Shown here: one piece after another, positions 28,675-37,406 of the stretch
Layout: every line of letters begins with the position of its first letter
How positions within the stretch are numbered: the first letter of the stretch is position 1
DNA from: a virus
Taxonomy: Duplodnaviria > Heunggongvirae > Uroviricota > Caudoviricetes
Strand: one strand, 5' to 3'
Length of the DNA: 38,720 bases
IMG/VR virus record: IMGVR_UViG_2563366844_000005
Position numbers and translations under genes: made by a program
Notes under the pieces: generated by a model
Told to the model about the DNA's origin: nothing
The model's database searches: none
The model's input: the letters and a program-made list of their open reading frames with translations, nothing else

Positions 28675-29642
28675 TACGCAACCGCCTTTTTCTTATGGAA
28701 AACCAGCTCTCGAACCTGATCACCGTTCATGAGCATATTGTTGAAATCATCGTGATCCGGCCAGTACACGCTCACGCGCTGCAGGTCATTCTTTGCCATC
28801 AGATTGGCATGAGCACATTCGCAAGCCGCAGCCAGCCCGGTGGCGCTGTTCTCATCACGGTCGGCAAAAATAATCAGGTGCAGCACACCAGCTGGTACAC
28901 GGAACTTTTTCATAAAGCCGCTGTTAATGGTTGCCCAGGTGTTCACGTTATAAATCTGGTGCGCTGACAGCGCTGTTTCGATGCCTTCGGCGATACCCAG
29001 AGTGCTAGCGACAGGAAACATGCGGATAGCTACAGAACGAGCGTGGTCCAAATAGTTATCTTCCTGCAGGGATTTGAGGCGCTTTGCACTGCTACCAATA
29101 TCTGCTTTTTTATCACCATCAAGCAGAGTCTGGTGCAGATAGCACAACTCCCCTTTATCGTCCGTAGCAAGTGAATAAAGAGACTGAAACACACTCCCGT
29201 TGTGTCTCTGCCTGGCATTGAACCGGATCGCCTCAGCAGGAAGACTGAATATTCCACGAGAATTAAGATACGCTGCGCCGGATGTACCACGCAGTGCCTC
29301 CAGTTTTGAAAACTTGCTCAATACCCGTTTGCGTAAGCTGGTGGCGCTGCTGGTTGCCGGGATTTTAACCCGTTGGTAATCATTACCGATCAGGCGGTCT
29401 ATTTCGGTACAAATCTCGTTAAATGGCTTCGCCTGTGTCAGGGTGACAAGTTTCATACCATCGCCACTACCACATACACAGATCCACGTTCCTGCACCGT
29501 CGCGGTCATCAATTCGGAACTTGCCACGTGCACCGCATACCGGGCATTCACCCTTGAAGTGATTTTTTCCTGTTATCGGCGGCAAGCCGAAGTGCTCTAA
29601 TATTTCAGGCCAGCGGCCTTTCGCTGCAGCTGCTGTTTTCAT
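28674..29642 (-). CDS. DNA primase (zinc-binding plus Toprim domain)
   Basis: N-terminal CPVCG...CVCG zinc motif; Toprim-like acidic motifs (AEGIETALS, FADRDEN). Confidence 0.8.
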   Translation of the reverse strand: MKTAAAAKGRWPEILEHFGLPPITGKNHFKGECPVCGARGKFRIDDRDGAGTWICVCGSGDGMKLVTLTQAKPFNEICTEIDRLIGNDYQRVKIPATSSATSLRKRVLSKFSKLEALRGTSGAAYLNSRGIFSLPAEAIRFNARQRHNGSVFQSLYSLATDDKGELCYLHQTLLDGDKKADIGSSAKRLKSLQEDNYLDHARSVAIRMFPVASTLGIAEGIETALSAHQIYNVNTWATINSGFMKKFRVPAGVLHLIIFADRDENSATGLAAACECAHANLMAKNDLQRVSVYWPDHDDFNNMLMNGDQVRELVFHKKKAVA

Positions 29643-29643
29643 C

Positions 29644-31302
29644 TTACTGACTCAAACTGTTTATATTTTTCTGGAGTTGTTGCTTTGCTTGCATGATGCG
29701 CCAAGCCTCAGTGCCTATTGGCATCTCGCTTCGCTCACCTCGTTCCTGAGACAGAGGAATCGTTGCCTGCAATTTTTCTATAGTTCTCTGCGTCCGCTGA
29801 CGGCCTTTGGCAAACCGAATCAGCTTGTGTTTGATGTAGTTACTTACCTCTGGGCTTATTTCCATCGGGAAACTGCTCAACCCATCAGGCCATTCACCGA
29901 ATTTCTCCCTGAAAGTGTGAGCACACCATCCATCACTGACTGGACGCCCCAGCGAAGCACGCTGGCGCTGATAAAATTTGATCTGACTCCACCAGGACTG
30001 TTTCTCTGCCTTCGTCGACTGATGCTGATTTTTACCCAGCTTATTAAGTTTGCGGCTAGTGTCAGTATCAACGTCTTCACCTCGCAGCGGCTTGTGTCCA
30101 CATTTCGGGCAAACATAGACGCCAGCTGGCTTCATGTAGTGGCATTGAGGGCATTCATGTGGCAGTTTTTCGGCCCGTTCCTCAACTGCGCGGCGCGCAC
30201 TTTCCTCCATACCGTCAGACTTGCCGGGAAGATCGTCGTACTCGATTGAATCCGGATAACCCAGACGGTGCACGGTGCCGCTATGATCGAAGATGAGGCA
30301 GGACTCTTTACCCGGTGCGGTGCGCAGCCCACGCCCGAGCGCCTGCAACCAGCGAATTTCGCTTTTTGTTGGCCTGGCGTAGATGATGCAACGAACGTCA
30401 CTATCGAAGCCGGCCACCAGCACGCCCACACTAACGATGATTTTCGTTGCACCAGTTTCAAAGCGGTGAATGATGGTCTGGCGCTCATCTACCGGAGTGT
30501 CTGCGGTCATTACCTCAGCGTTAACACCTGCGAGGTTAAACTGGATTGTCAGGTAATTGGCGTGGGCTACGTTAACGCAGAAAGCGATGGTAGGTAGATC
30601 CCGACCATTCTCCAGCCAGTTCTGTACGATGTCGCCCACCAGCGTAGATCCGCACATGATTTCAGCCAGCTGCGTTTCGTTGTAATCCCGGCCGTACTCA
30701 AGCGAAGATGTGGTTTTAACACCTTTCAGATCCGGCTTAGTTGGCGCGTAAAATTCGTATTTACTCAGATCGCCACGCTGGATTAACTCGCCGATTGTGG
30801 TCGGCTTAATCAGTCGGTCATAGTATTTGCCCAGGAACGGGGAAAACGGAGTACCCGACAGGCCAATCACCTTTACGCCTTTGCCGCGCAGACGTTCGAT
30901 ATCCTTCAGGATGCGCTTTTTACGCAGGTGTGCTTCGTCGATAATCAGCAGATCAATATTTTCAGGAAAAACACGACGAATAAGCGTGTCGGCGCTGGCA
31001 ATCTGAATTTTCCGGTCCGGATCGTAGTTCGGGTGATCCGCCCAGATATAACCGATTTCATCCCCCGGTAATCCATACTCCACGAACCGATTAGCCGTCT
31101 GGCCGATCAGGATGGTGTACGGTGCACAGAACAGGACGCGCATACCACGGCTGACAAACCCGGCAACGATGAAGGCAGCCAAACCCGTTTTACCACTACC
31201 GGTTGGCGAATACACCATGAAGGTGTCGTTTGCCTTCCAATCACGGCGCAACATGTTTAGCGCTCGTTCCTGTGCAAAATTCGGCGTGATCGTCAGCTCC
31301 AT
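29644..31302 (-). CDS. SF2 (DEAD/DEAH-type) replicative helicase
   Basis: Walker A SPTGSGKTG, Walker B/DEAH IIDEAH, C-terminal CPQC...CPKCG zinc ribbon. Confidence 0.85.
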   Translation of the reverse strand: MELTITPNFAQERALNMLRRDWKANDTFMVYSPTGSGKTGLAAFIVAGFVSRGMRVLFCAPYTILIGQTANRFVEYGLPGDEIGYIWADHPNYDPDRKIQIASADTLIRRVFPENIDLLIIDEAHLRKKRILKDIERLRGKGVKVIGLSGTPFSPFLGKYYDRLIKPTTIGELIQRGDLSKYEFYAPTKPDLKGVKTTSSLEYGRDYNETQLAEIMCGSTLVGDIVQNWLENGRDLPTIAFCVNVAHANYLTIQFNLAGVNAEVMTADTPVDERQTIIHRFETGATKIIVSVGVLVAGFDSDVRCIIYARPTKSEIRWLQALGRGLRTAPGKESCLIFDHSGTVHRLGYPDSIEYDDLPGKSDGMEESARRAVEERAEKLPHECPQCHYMKPAGVYVCPKCGHKPLRGEDVDTDTSRKLNKLGKNQHQSTKAEKQSWWSQIKFYQRQRASLGRPVSDGWCAHTFREKFGEWPDGLSSFPMEISPEVSNYIKHKLIRFAKGRQRTQRTIEKLQATIPLSQERGERSEMPIGTEAWRIMQAKQQLQKNINSLSQ

Positions 31303-31716
31303 TGTGCTGCTCCCGTGCTGATGAGATAATAATTTCGTGATGTGGTTTTCATGGATTCCCCCTCACATGGCTGGTGGCCTCCCCAAAGGCTGCCAGCCCC
31401 CTTTCTGATTCAGCTCCTCTGAAAAATCACTCTTCCAAGAAGAACCCTTTTCGTTTCTCAAGGCCTGGGCGCTTTGTACTACCTTGCTGATACGAGCGTT
31501 TTTTTAAATTGCGCCCTTAAGACAGTGATCTACTTAACCAATGGATCTCTCCTGTTGGAAAAGACCCTATTCCTGCCCCTACACCCAATCCCCCCCTACC
31601 CCCCCTTTCCCTCTTCCCCATAAAAACGTACTACTTACCTAGTACATATGAGGAATTGGGTCAGTTGGTTGCCAACCTGAACAGGCACCTTTAAGCCTGC
31701 TTCTGTTCGGGTGCCT

Positions 31717-32025
31717 TTAAACCCGAAACAATGAGGAGCGCGATTGCGATCCAGCCAGGGGCGGCTGAGTTGTATACCCCTGTAAAGCCCTGCCCTGATT
31801 TCTCACAAACAAGCGGAGCCTTGTGTTTGCTTCGTGCCTTGCTCTGTTCTCCTTGCGGAATGAAACAGGCTCAGCGTCAAAAGTGATTTCGTATACCTCC
31901 GCATATTTCAGGGCGACCTTCCGTCTCAGTGACGGAGGCAGCCCCTGTAACTGCTGCTGAATCCACTCTTCGTCTGCCTGGCAGTACCTAGATGGCATCT
32001 CTGTCTGAACGTAATTCTGGGACAT
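31717..32025 (-). CDS. Hypothetical protein at the cII position
   Basis: 102-aa ORF with AGGTGAAGGG SD, overlapping the cro-like 3' end; the C-terminal third is low-complexity, so the real product may be shorter. Confidence 0.35.
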   Translation of the reverse strand: MSQNYVQTEMPSRYCQADEEWIQQQLQGLPPSLRRKVALKYAEVYEITFDAEPVSFRKENRARHEANTRLRLFVRNQGRALQGYTTQPPLAGSQSRSSLFRV

Positions 32026-32275
32026 ACAAGCCCTTCACCTCCCCCGTGCGCGCTAAGCTTGGATGTGGAAAAAGCTCTGGTAGGTCTGGACGAAATTCAT
32101 ACGCTTGGATCTTTCCGTCGACAGCTGCAACCAATAACGGCACAAATTCTGGTGAAATCTTGTTCTTGCAGTTCAACCAATCGCAGACTGTTGACTGGGC
32201 CTTTCCGCATCGCTTGGCTAAGGCTTGCTGACTTCCAAGAATCTCAATAGCTTTCTCTATGGCTTTATGTTTCAT
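31988..32275 (-). CDS. Cro-like HTH transcriptional regulator
   Basis: HTH segment SQQALAKRCGKAQSTVCDWLN; divergent from the S24 repressor across an operator-containing intergenic region; ATG at 32275 has an AGGAGA SD. Confidence 0.65.
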   Translation of the reverse strand: MKHKAIEKAIEILGSQQALAKRCGKAQSTVCDWLNCKNKISPEFVPLLVAAVDGKIQAYEFRPDLPELFPHPSLARTGEVKGLYVPELRSDRDAI

Positions 32276-32342
32276 AATCGCATCTCCTATTGAGCGCATA
32301 ATAGCAACAGGAAAAGCGATATTCAACGTTAAACCTAGAACA

Positions 32343-32362
32343 TTTATCGGAAAGCCGATAAA
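32343..32362. promoter_or_regulatory. Candidate operator palindrome in the cro/repressor intergenic region
   Basis: Perfect inverted repeat TTTATCGG-AAAG-CCGATAAA; CGATAAA/CCGAT half-site variants recur near the pL-like promoter. Confidence 0.5.
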
Positions 32363-32394
32363 CTAGCCAAGATAGAGAGGGGAGGAAAATCGCA

Positions 32395-33087
32395 ATGACA
32401 TTTTCAGAACGACTTGATTTAGCTATGCGCAACGCAAAATTTACGCAAGGTAGGCTGGCCAAAGAAGTGGGTATGGCTCAGTCCAGTGTTAATCAACTAC
32501 TTAACAAAGCCAACGGTTCCAGAAAAACAGTCGAAATAGCAAAAGTTTTGGGCGTTAACCCGGAATGGCTCGCATCGGGTGTTGGCCCAATGGAAATCGT
32601 GACCTCTGCAGACTCACACCAAATACGTAACATTTCTGAAGATTGGGTTACTGATTCGTATGTCGTGGATGTTTTAGACATCAGATATAGTTGCGGACCT
32701 GGTAGTTATAACTCTGATTTTCCTGACATTGTCAGATCTATAGCGATAGAACCAGGATACGCATCAAGAGTTTTTGGCGGCAGACCAGCATCAGCAATCA
32801 AAGCAATAAACGCCCACGGCGACAGTATGAAAGGCACAATAGACCCTGAAGACTTGGTATTTGTAGATGTATCAGTTCGCACATTTAATGGTGATGGTAT
32901 ATACGCCTTTACATACTCTGGAACATCGCACATCAAAAGACTTCAAAAAATCAAAGATACTCTAACGGTGATATCTGACAACCCAGCTTACAAGGATTGG
33001 GCTATCGAACCTGAAGACTTCGAACAACTTCACATTGACGGAAAAGTAATTGTCAGTTGGCCCATGACACTACACCGTTTTGCATAA
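32395..33087 (+). CDS. CI-type prophage repressor (N-terminal HTH, C-terminal S24 LexA-like peptidase)
   Basis: HTH FTQGRLAKEVGMAQSSVNQL; C-terminal domain with GDSM (Ser nucleophile) and downstream Lys; GAGGGGAGG SD. Confidence 0.9.
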   Translation: MTFSERLDLAMRNAKFTQGRLAKEVGMAQSSVNQLLNKANGSRKTVEIAKVLGVNPEWLASGVGPMEIVTSADSHQIRNISEDWVTDSYVVDVLDIRYSCGPGSYNSDFPDIVRSIAIEPGYASRVFGGRPASAIKAINAHGDSMKGTIDPEDLVFVDVSVRTFNGDGIYAFTYSGTSHIKRLQKIKDTLTVISDNPAYKDWAIEPEDFEQLHIDGKVIVSWPMTLHRFA

Positions 33088-33105
33088 GCAAAAATCATTT
33101 AACCC

Positions 33106-33132
33106 GCCCACTCTTAAGTGGGCTTTTTTTTT
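33106..33132 (+). terminator. Intrinsic terminator after the repressor gene
   Basis: GCCCACT-CTTA-AGTGGGC followed by nine T. Confidence 0.7.
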
Positions 33133-33151
33133 GGAAAAATCGATAAACCGA

Positions 33152-33180
33152 TTGACAGGCAAAATCGGTAAACCTATTAT
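33152..33180 (+). promoter_or_regulatory. Candidate early-left (pL-like) sigma-70 promoter with flanking operator half-sites
   Basis: -35 TTGACA, 17-bp spacer, -10 TATTAT; CGATAAACCGAT immediately upstream and AAATCGGTAAA inside the spacer. Confidence 0.55.
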
Positions 33181-33229
33181 CATGACATAGGTATCGAACT
33201 CACCAAAGCAATTATAGAGGATGAGAAAA

Positions 33230-33640
33230 ATGTCATCGTATATGGGATTACCAACAAATCAGCACGATGCTCTTGAGAATATTCAGCTCTTAGTAGGGGC
33301 TGGTGCACTACTGTATAGCAGCAATAACCCTGAGTTAATTGAACTTGCCAGCTCCATCCTGTCTGTAACTCAAAAATATAGCCTCACCGCGTCACGTTTA
33401 TGCAAACAAAATTTAGCTATTAATTCCCAGAATCGGATTCGCACCCAACGCGAAGCCTGCGGCTTAACAACCGCCGAACTCGCCAGGCTGCTCGATCTCG
33501 ATGAAGAAATTATCTCCCAGTGGGAGAGCGGAGAGTACGAACCAACCATCAGCATGCTTATCCCTCTGGCTAATGTTCTTGGCTGTGATCCAATGTGGTT
33601 ATTGACTGGTGCTTATAAACAAAATCAGGAGGAAGCATAA
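33230..33640 (+). CDS. HTH (XRE-family) DNA-binding protein, first gene of the early-left operon
   Basis: C-terminal half contains a Cro/C1-type HTH (LTTAELARLLDLDEEIISQWESG); N-terminal roughly 70 aa unrecognised; lacks the Arg-rich motif of N proteins. Confidence 0.6.
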   Translation: MSSYMGLPTNQHDALENIQLLVGAGALLYSSNNPELIELASSILSVTQKYSLTASRLCKQNLAINSQNRIRTQREACGLTTAELARLLDLDEEIISQWESGEYEPTISMLIPLANVLGCDPMWLLTGAYKQNQEEA

Positions 33641-33641
33641 G

Positions 33642-33833
33642 ATGAAAATGTTCAAAGGCCTCACCAACGAACCGGAAACAGCTTTTCATCACATTGCCGT
33701 ACTGCTTGAAGCGGGGTTAATCATTTCGGCTTCCGGTGATGAAGAATGTGATGAACTTTCGGATGACATCTTTTTACTGGCACAGCAATACGCCAGAAGC
33801 GCATGCGATGCATTTAAGGAGCAAAGAACATGA
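33642..33833 (+). CDS. Small acidic hypothetical protein
   Basis: 63 aa from the ATG at 33642; AGGAGGAAG SD. Confidence 0.5.
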   Translation: MKMFKGLTNEPETAFHHIAVLLEAGLIISASGDEECDELSDDIFLLAQQYARSACDAFKEQRT

Positions 33834-34021
33834 AAACTCCATTAAATATTCTTGAGGAAGTGGCGGCACAAATAAAAGAGAATACATCAATGCTTGAATT
33901 TATATTTAAGAATTCGCCCGACTCAGGAGAGACAGACGATTATTTATGCTGCCTCATTCGCTCCATGAATAAGACCTGTGAAATGGCTTACGAGTATATA
34001 GAAACACTACGTAACGAATAA
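33830..34021 (+). CDS. Small acidic hypothetical protein
   Basis: 63 aa; ATGA start/stop overlap with the upstream gene. Confidence 0.5.
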   Translation: MKTPLNILEEVAAQIKENTSMLEFIFKNSPDSGETDDYLCCLIRSMNKTCEMAYEYIETLRNE

Positions 34022-34205
34022 AGAATTCTCAAAAGAAAATCACACATAAAAGCATGACGGCCTCTGGTCGGGGGTTTTCACAACCAGAAAATAATGGTGA
34101 TGCATGAAAAACAGAAGTGCTTATAAAACCGCATTATTAATGGCTAATGCAGGATACTGGTCAGTTGCAATACTGTTTCTCAGGAAAGCATACGGGAAAT
34201 AACAA

Positions 34206-34571
34206 ATGGCATATGAAATTATTGGTAAATATCGTCAGCGCATAGCCGCAACAGCATTACAGCGGATGCAACGTAAAACAGGAGGAAACCTTCTCATCGT
34301 AAATCTTCCTGACGGAGGGTTAACAACCATCGAAATTACGGAACACTTCATGACGCAACTATTATTACGATTTGAAGGTCTTACCCGTGTTGAATTTGGA
34401 CGGACGGATGGTGAGATCGCAATACTTACCGCATACCGGAATGCCATCAATATTAATCAACACACTGAGTATCTAACTGAGTCTGGGAAGTTAATTGTAG
34501 ACAATCTTTTAAAAGAGGTTGTTGATTACGAAAAAGAAAAATATACCAGTGGAGGAATTACTGATGTCTGA
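34206..34571 (+). CDS. Hypothetical protein
   Basis: 121-aa ORF in the early operon; no motif recognised. Confidence 0.5.
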   Translation: MAYEIIGKYRQRIAATALQRMQRKTGGNLLIVNLPDGGLTTIEITEHFMTQLLLRFEGLTRVEFGRTDGEIAILTAYRNAININQHTEYLTESGKLIVDNLLKEVVDYEKEKYTSGGITDV

Positions 34572-34773
34572 TTTACCCCCTCTTATACACGAAAAAATAC
34601 AGATAGTTATGACGATTGAAAATGGTCAGGTAATAAATACCCGTAAAGTTCACAATAACGAGATGATTGCTAGCATGGATACCTTCTTATGGACAGCAAA
34701 GAAAGCGGGATATCAGGTAATCGCTCCTGATTCGGAGGAAATCGGTGACATTAACAGCAATACGAATTCCTGA
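34564..34773 (+). CDS. Hypothetical small protein
   Basis: 69 aa from the ATG at 34564 with a GGAGG SD; overlaps the upstream stop. Confidence 0.45.
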   Translation: MSDLPPLIHEKIQIVMTIENGQVINTRKVHNNEMIASMDTFLWTAKKAGYQVIAPDSEEIGDINSNTNS

Positions 34774-34959
34774 GCGTGTCAGACAACAGGCGTTACAGGT
34801 CCTGTTGCGATACCAACACCGACGGATATTTCCACACCGAATACACAGTACCGGATATCTCAGCCTGAAGCTAAACCGTAGCTGGCGGCTGTTATCGAAA
34901 GACGACGGTCGGAACTGGAAGGTAATGAGCCATGAAACGTATAACGGAGAATTAAAACG

Positions 34960-35466
34960 ATGAGCACCAACAAAAACAACAACGTCAAGCAACTAGTTGC
35001 CCGCCTGAAAGAAATGCAGGAGCAGTCCGGTACGCCCATCCCTACATGGATGCTCGATGAAAATCGTTACGGCACAGGTACGCTGACAACTGAAGAGCAG
35101 CATGAATGGGCTGAAACCGTTTGTCACTCCATGCGCAGAACTGTCGCCCTGCTTTACCTGATTGAATGTGATAAACGTTGGGGCCTCCGTGACGGTGAGT
35201 ATCAGTTTAAAACCGGTGAGTTTGTTTTTGGTTTAACGCGGGAGCTTATCGAGAACCTGCTTATTGAATACGTAGAAGGCGCACTGATCGAACAAAAACC
35301 ACAGGAAAGATATATGGCTGTATTCCAGTTCTACTCCGCCAACAATCAGCGCCGGAAAGAAGACGGTCATTCGTGGTTCACCGGCTTTCTTGACGAGATA
35401 TTTATGGATCTTGCTGTCCGGTTGCGTACCGGTGAAAAGCCGCCAGTAAAACTGGTTTTGCATTAA
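34960..35466 (+). CDS. Hypothetical protein
   Basis: 168 aa; GGAGA SD; no motif recognised. Confidence 0.55.
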   Translation: MSTNKNNNVKQLVARLKEMQEQSGTPIPTWMLDENRYGTGTLTTEEQHEWAETVCHSMRRTVALLYLIECDKRWGLRDGEYQFKTGEFVFGLTRELIENLLIEYVEGALIEQKPQERYMAVFQFYSANNQRRKEDGHSWFTGFLDEIFMDLAVRLRTGEKPPVKLVLH

Positions 35467-35478
35467 GGAGAAACGAAA

Positions 35479-36336
35479 ATGGCAATGAAAACTCAATTAA
35501 CACCAGTAGCGGCTCGTGATTTGCAAATCATTGAGTACCTCGGTCAACGCGTGGTGACGACTGAGCAACTGGCGGCGGGGTATGGTGCAGATGTAGAGAA
35601 TATTCGCCGCAACTTCAACCGCAACAAGTCACGGTTCGCTGAAGGCAAGCACTATTTTCAGGTTACAGGCATTCAACTGGAGAATTTGCGCGGGACTTTT
35701 AGTCCTGCACAAATTTCGAACAAAACACGCGCACTGACACTGTGGACTGAACGCGGCGCTGCAAACCACGCCAAAATGCTGGAAACGGACCAGGCATGGA
35801 GCTATCACGAAGACCTTGTGGAGTTCTACTTCACTCATCGGGAAAACACCGATGTTCAGTGCCTGCCATCCCGCAAGGAACTCGCAATGATGGTCATCGA
35901 GGCCGAGGATCGCGCCGAAGCTATGGCTCTGGAAAATAAGACGCTTTCTGAAACCGTAGACAGCCTGGAAAAACATTTCTCTAAAGGAATGACCGTCCCC
36001 CAGTTCTGCCGCGCACTGAACGGTGTAAACACAAGCAAAATGATGAGTTGGCTGTCCGAACGTAACTGGGTATTTAACGAACAACGCGATCAAGAAAAAC
36101 CCCCTCGCTGGCGCGCTGCTTCTTATGCCCGTGACAGATATCTGACCGAAGAGGCTACACAGATCACTCCGCACGGGAAATATCCGTTCACTAAATTCAC
36201 TCCCGTGCTGCTGGAAAAAGGGTGTCACCGTTTATACCAGCTTTACATGAAAGGCGAACTGCCAATGAAGAAAAACTGGAACGGTGAATACCGACACGAC
36301 AAAGCCATTTACGCGCCAGAGGCAGAACATGGATAA
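35479..36336 (+). CDS. Antirepressor-like protein (Ant family, ORF6N and KilA-C-like regions)
   Basis: 285 aa; N-terminal and C-terminal segments resemble phage antirepressor domains as recalled; AGGAGA SD. Confidence 0.7.
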   Translation: MAMKTQLTPVAARDLQIIEYLGQRVVTTEQLAAGYGADVENIRRNFNRNKSRFAEGKHYFQVTGIQLENLRGTFSPAQISNKTRALTLWTERGAANHAKMLETDQAWSYHEDLVEFYFTHRENTDVQCLPSRKELAMMVIEAEDRAEAMALENKTLSETVDSLEKHFSKGMTVPQFCRALNGVNTSKMMSWLSERNWVFNEQRDQEKPPRWRAASYARDRYLTEEATQITPHGKYPFTKFTPVLLEKGCHRLYQLYMKGELPMKKNWNGEYRHDKAIYAPEAEHG

Positions 36337-36682
36337 CTCAGCCACATCAATAATGAACTATGACCCGAATCTGACGTTGTGCGGACGCATGGCAAAACAA
36401 ACTGTTCGATTAACTTTCGGGCTATGGGAATACCGCGAAACATTCGAAGTTTCTGTCGGCGGCAATCTGACCGGACTGGATGTTATCAGTTGCGCCATTG
36501 AAAGCCTGTACGCAACGCTGCCTTATGAAGAAGTCGAGGATGAGCGCGATATCATAGCCACCATTAATATCGGCGGCATGGAATGCAAGGATGAAAACCT
36601 GAACGGAGAACTCTGGCTTGCCGGGATGCTTATCTCGGCAGAAATCATCAGTATTGAACCCGCTACAAACATACGACTCTGA
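36329..36682 (+). CDS. Hypothetical protein
   Basis: 117 aa from the ATG at 36329, overlapping the upstream stop. Confidence 0.5.
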   Translation: MDNSATSIMNYDPNLTLCGRMAKQTVRLTFGLWEYRETFEVSVGGNLTGLDVISCAIESLYATLPYEEVEDERDIIATINIGGMECKDENLNGELWLAGMLISAEIISIEPATNIRL

Positions 36683-36713
36683 AGTTCTCACAACTCAGGG
36701 AGCAGGAGAAAAA

Positions 36714-36956
36714 ATGTTCGCTTTGATTAATCAGGGGCAACTGTATACCGATAGTGCTGGCTACCCGATAAAAATTATTCGCTGCATAAACAACACTGTG
36801 TTGTACAGAAGAATGGATGGGCGAACACAGTCGGTAAAAATAAACGATTTTAATGAACTGTTTGAACGAATCGATCACCAGGAATACCGACAAATTCTGG
36901 CAGAAACAGAGCAGGAAGCTCATCTGAAAAAATTACGGGCCATGAAAAGGAAGTAA
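36714..36956 (+). CDS. Hypothetical small protein
   Basis: 80 aa from the ATG at 36714 with a GGAG SD. Confidence 0.45.
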   Translation: MFALINQGQLYTDSAGYPIKIIRCINNTVLYRRMDGRTQSVKINDFNELFERIDHQEYRQILAETEQEAHLKKLRAMKRK

Positions 36957-36959
36957 AGA

Positions 36960-37106
36960 ATGAATAAAGCGTTTGAGCTATGGGTACGCCAGCGTTACGG
37001 CAATCGCTATGACCTGACGCGAGATGTTGACGGTTTCTACTGTCGTGAAATTGTGAAACGAATGTTTGAAGTGTGGTGTCACTGTCGTGGACTGAATGTT
37101 ATGTGA
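36960..37106 (+). CDS. Hypothetical 48-aa protein (below the ORF-track size cut-off)
   Basis: ATG preceded by AAGGAAG at good spacing; Cys/His-containing (CREIV...WCHCRG). Confidence 0.4.
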   Translation: MNKAFELWVRQRYGNRYDLTRDVDGFYCREIVKRMFEVWCHCRGLNVM

Positions 37107-37114
37107 GGTAATGC

Positions 37115-37351
37115 ATGGGCAATGTGATTCAACTGGCTCCCAATGAATGGGTTTGTGAAAGCGTTCTTATCGCAATTACCGGGCTCAAACCAGGCACAAT
37201 TCTTCGGGCCCGGAAAGAATGCTGGATGGTTGGAAGAGAGTATATTCACGTATCACCAGACGGTAATCCAAAGCCTTCCAGCGAATGTATGTATAACAGA
37301 AAAGCAATAGATGCCTGGGTCGCTTCAATGAAAAACAAACAACCTGGGTGA
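37115..37351 (+). CDS. Excisionase-like small DNA-binding protein
   Basis: 78-aa basic protein immediately upstream of the integrase; GAGGT SD. Confidence 0.55.
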   Translation: MGNVIQLAPNEWVCESVLIAITGLKPGTILRARKECWMVGREYIHVSPDGNPKPSSECMYNRKAIDAWVASMKNKQPG

Positions 37352-37406
37352 TTTAATGCCATGAAATATGTAAGCTCGTATCGCTCTTGGGCGTCTGGAG
37401 GTATCA

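Noticed and set aside
35629-36228. 199-aa minus-strand ORF antisense to the antirepressor-like gene
   Set aside because: Runs against the direction of the early-left operon inside a gene with a good RBS.
33090-37406. LexA box (CTGT-N8-ACAG) upstream of the antirepressor or other early genes
   Set aside because: I did not find a convincing match by eye in the intergenic segments examined; a computational motif scan is needed before claiming SOS control.
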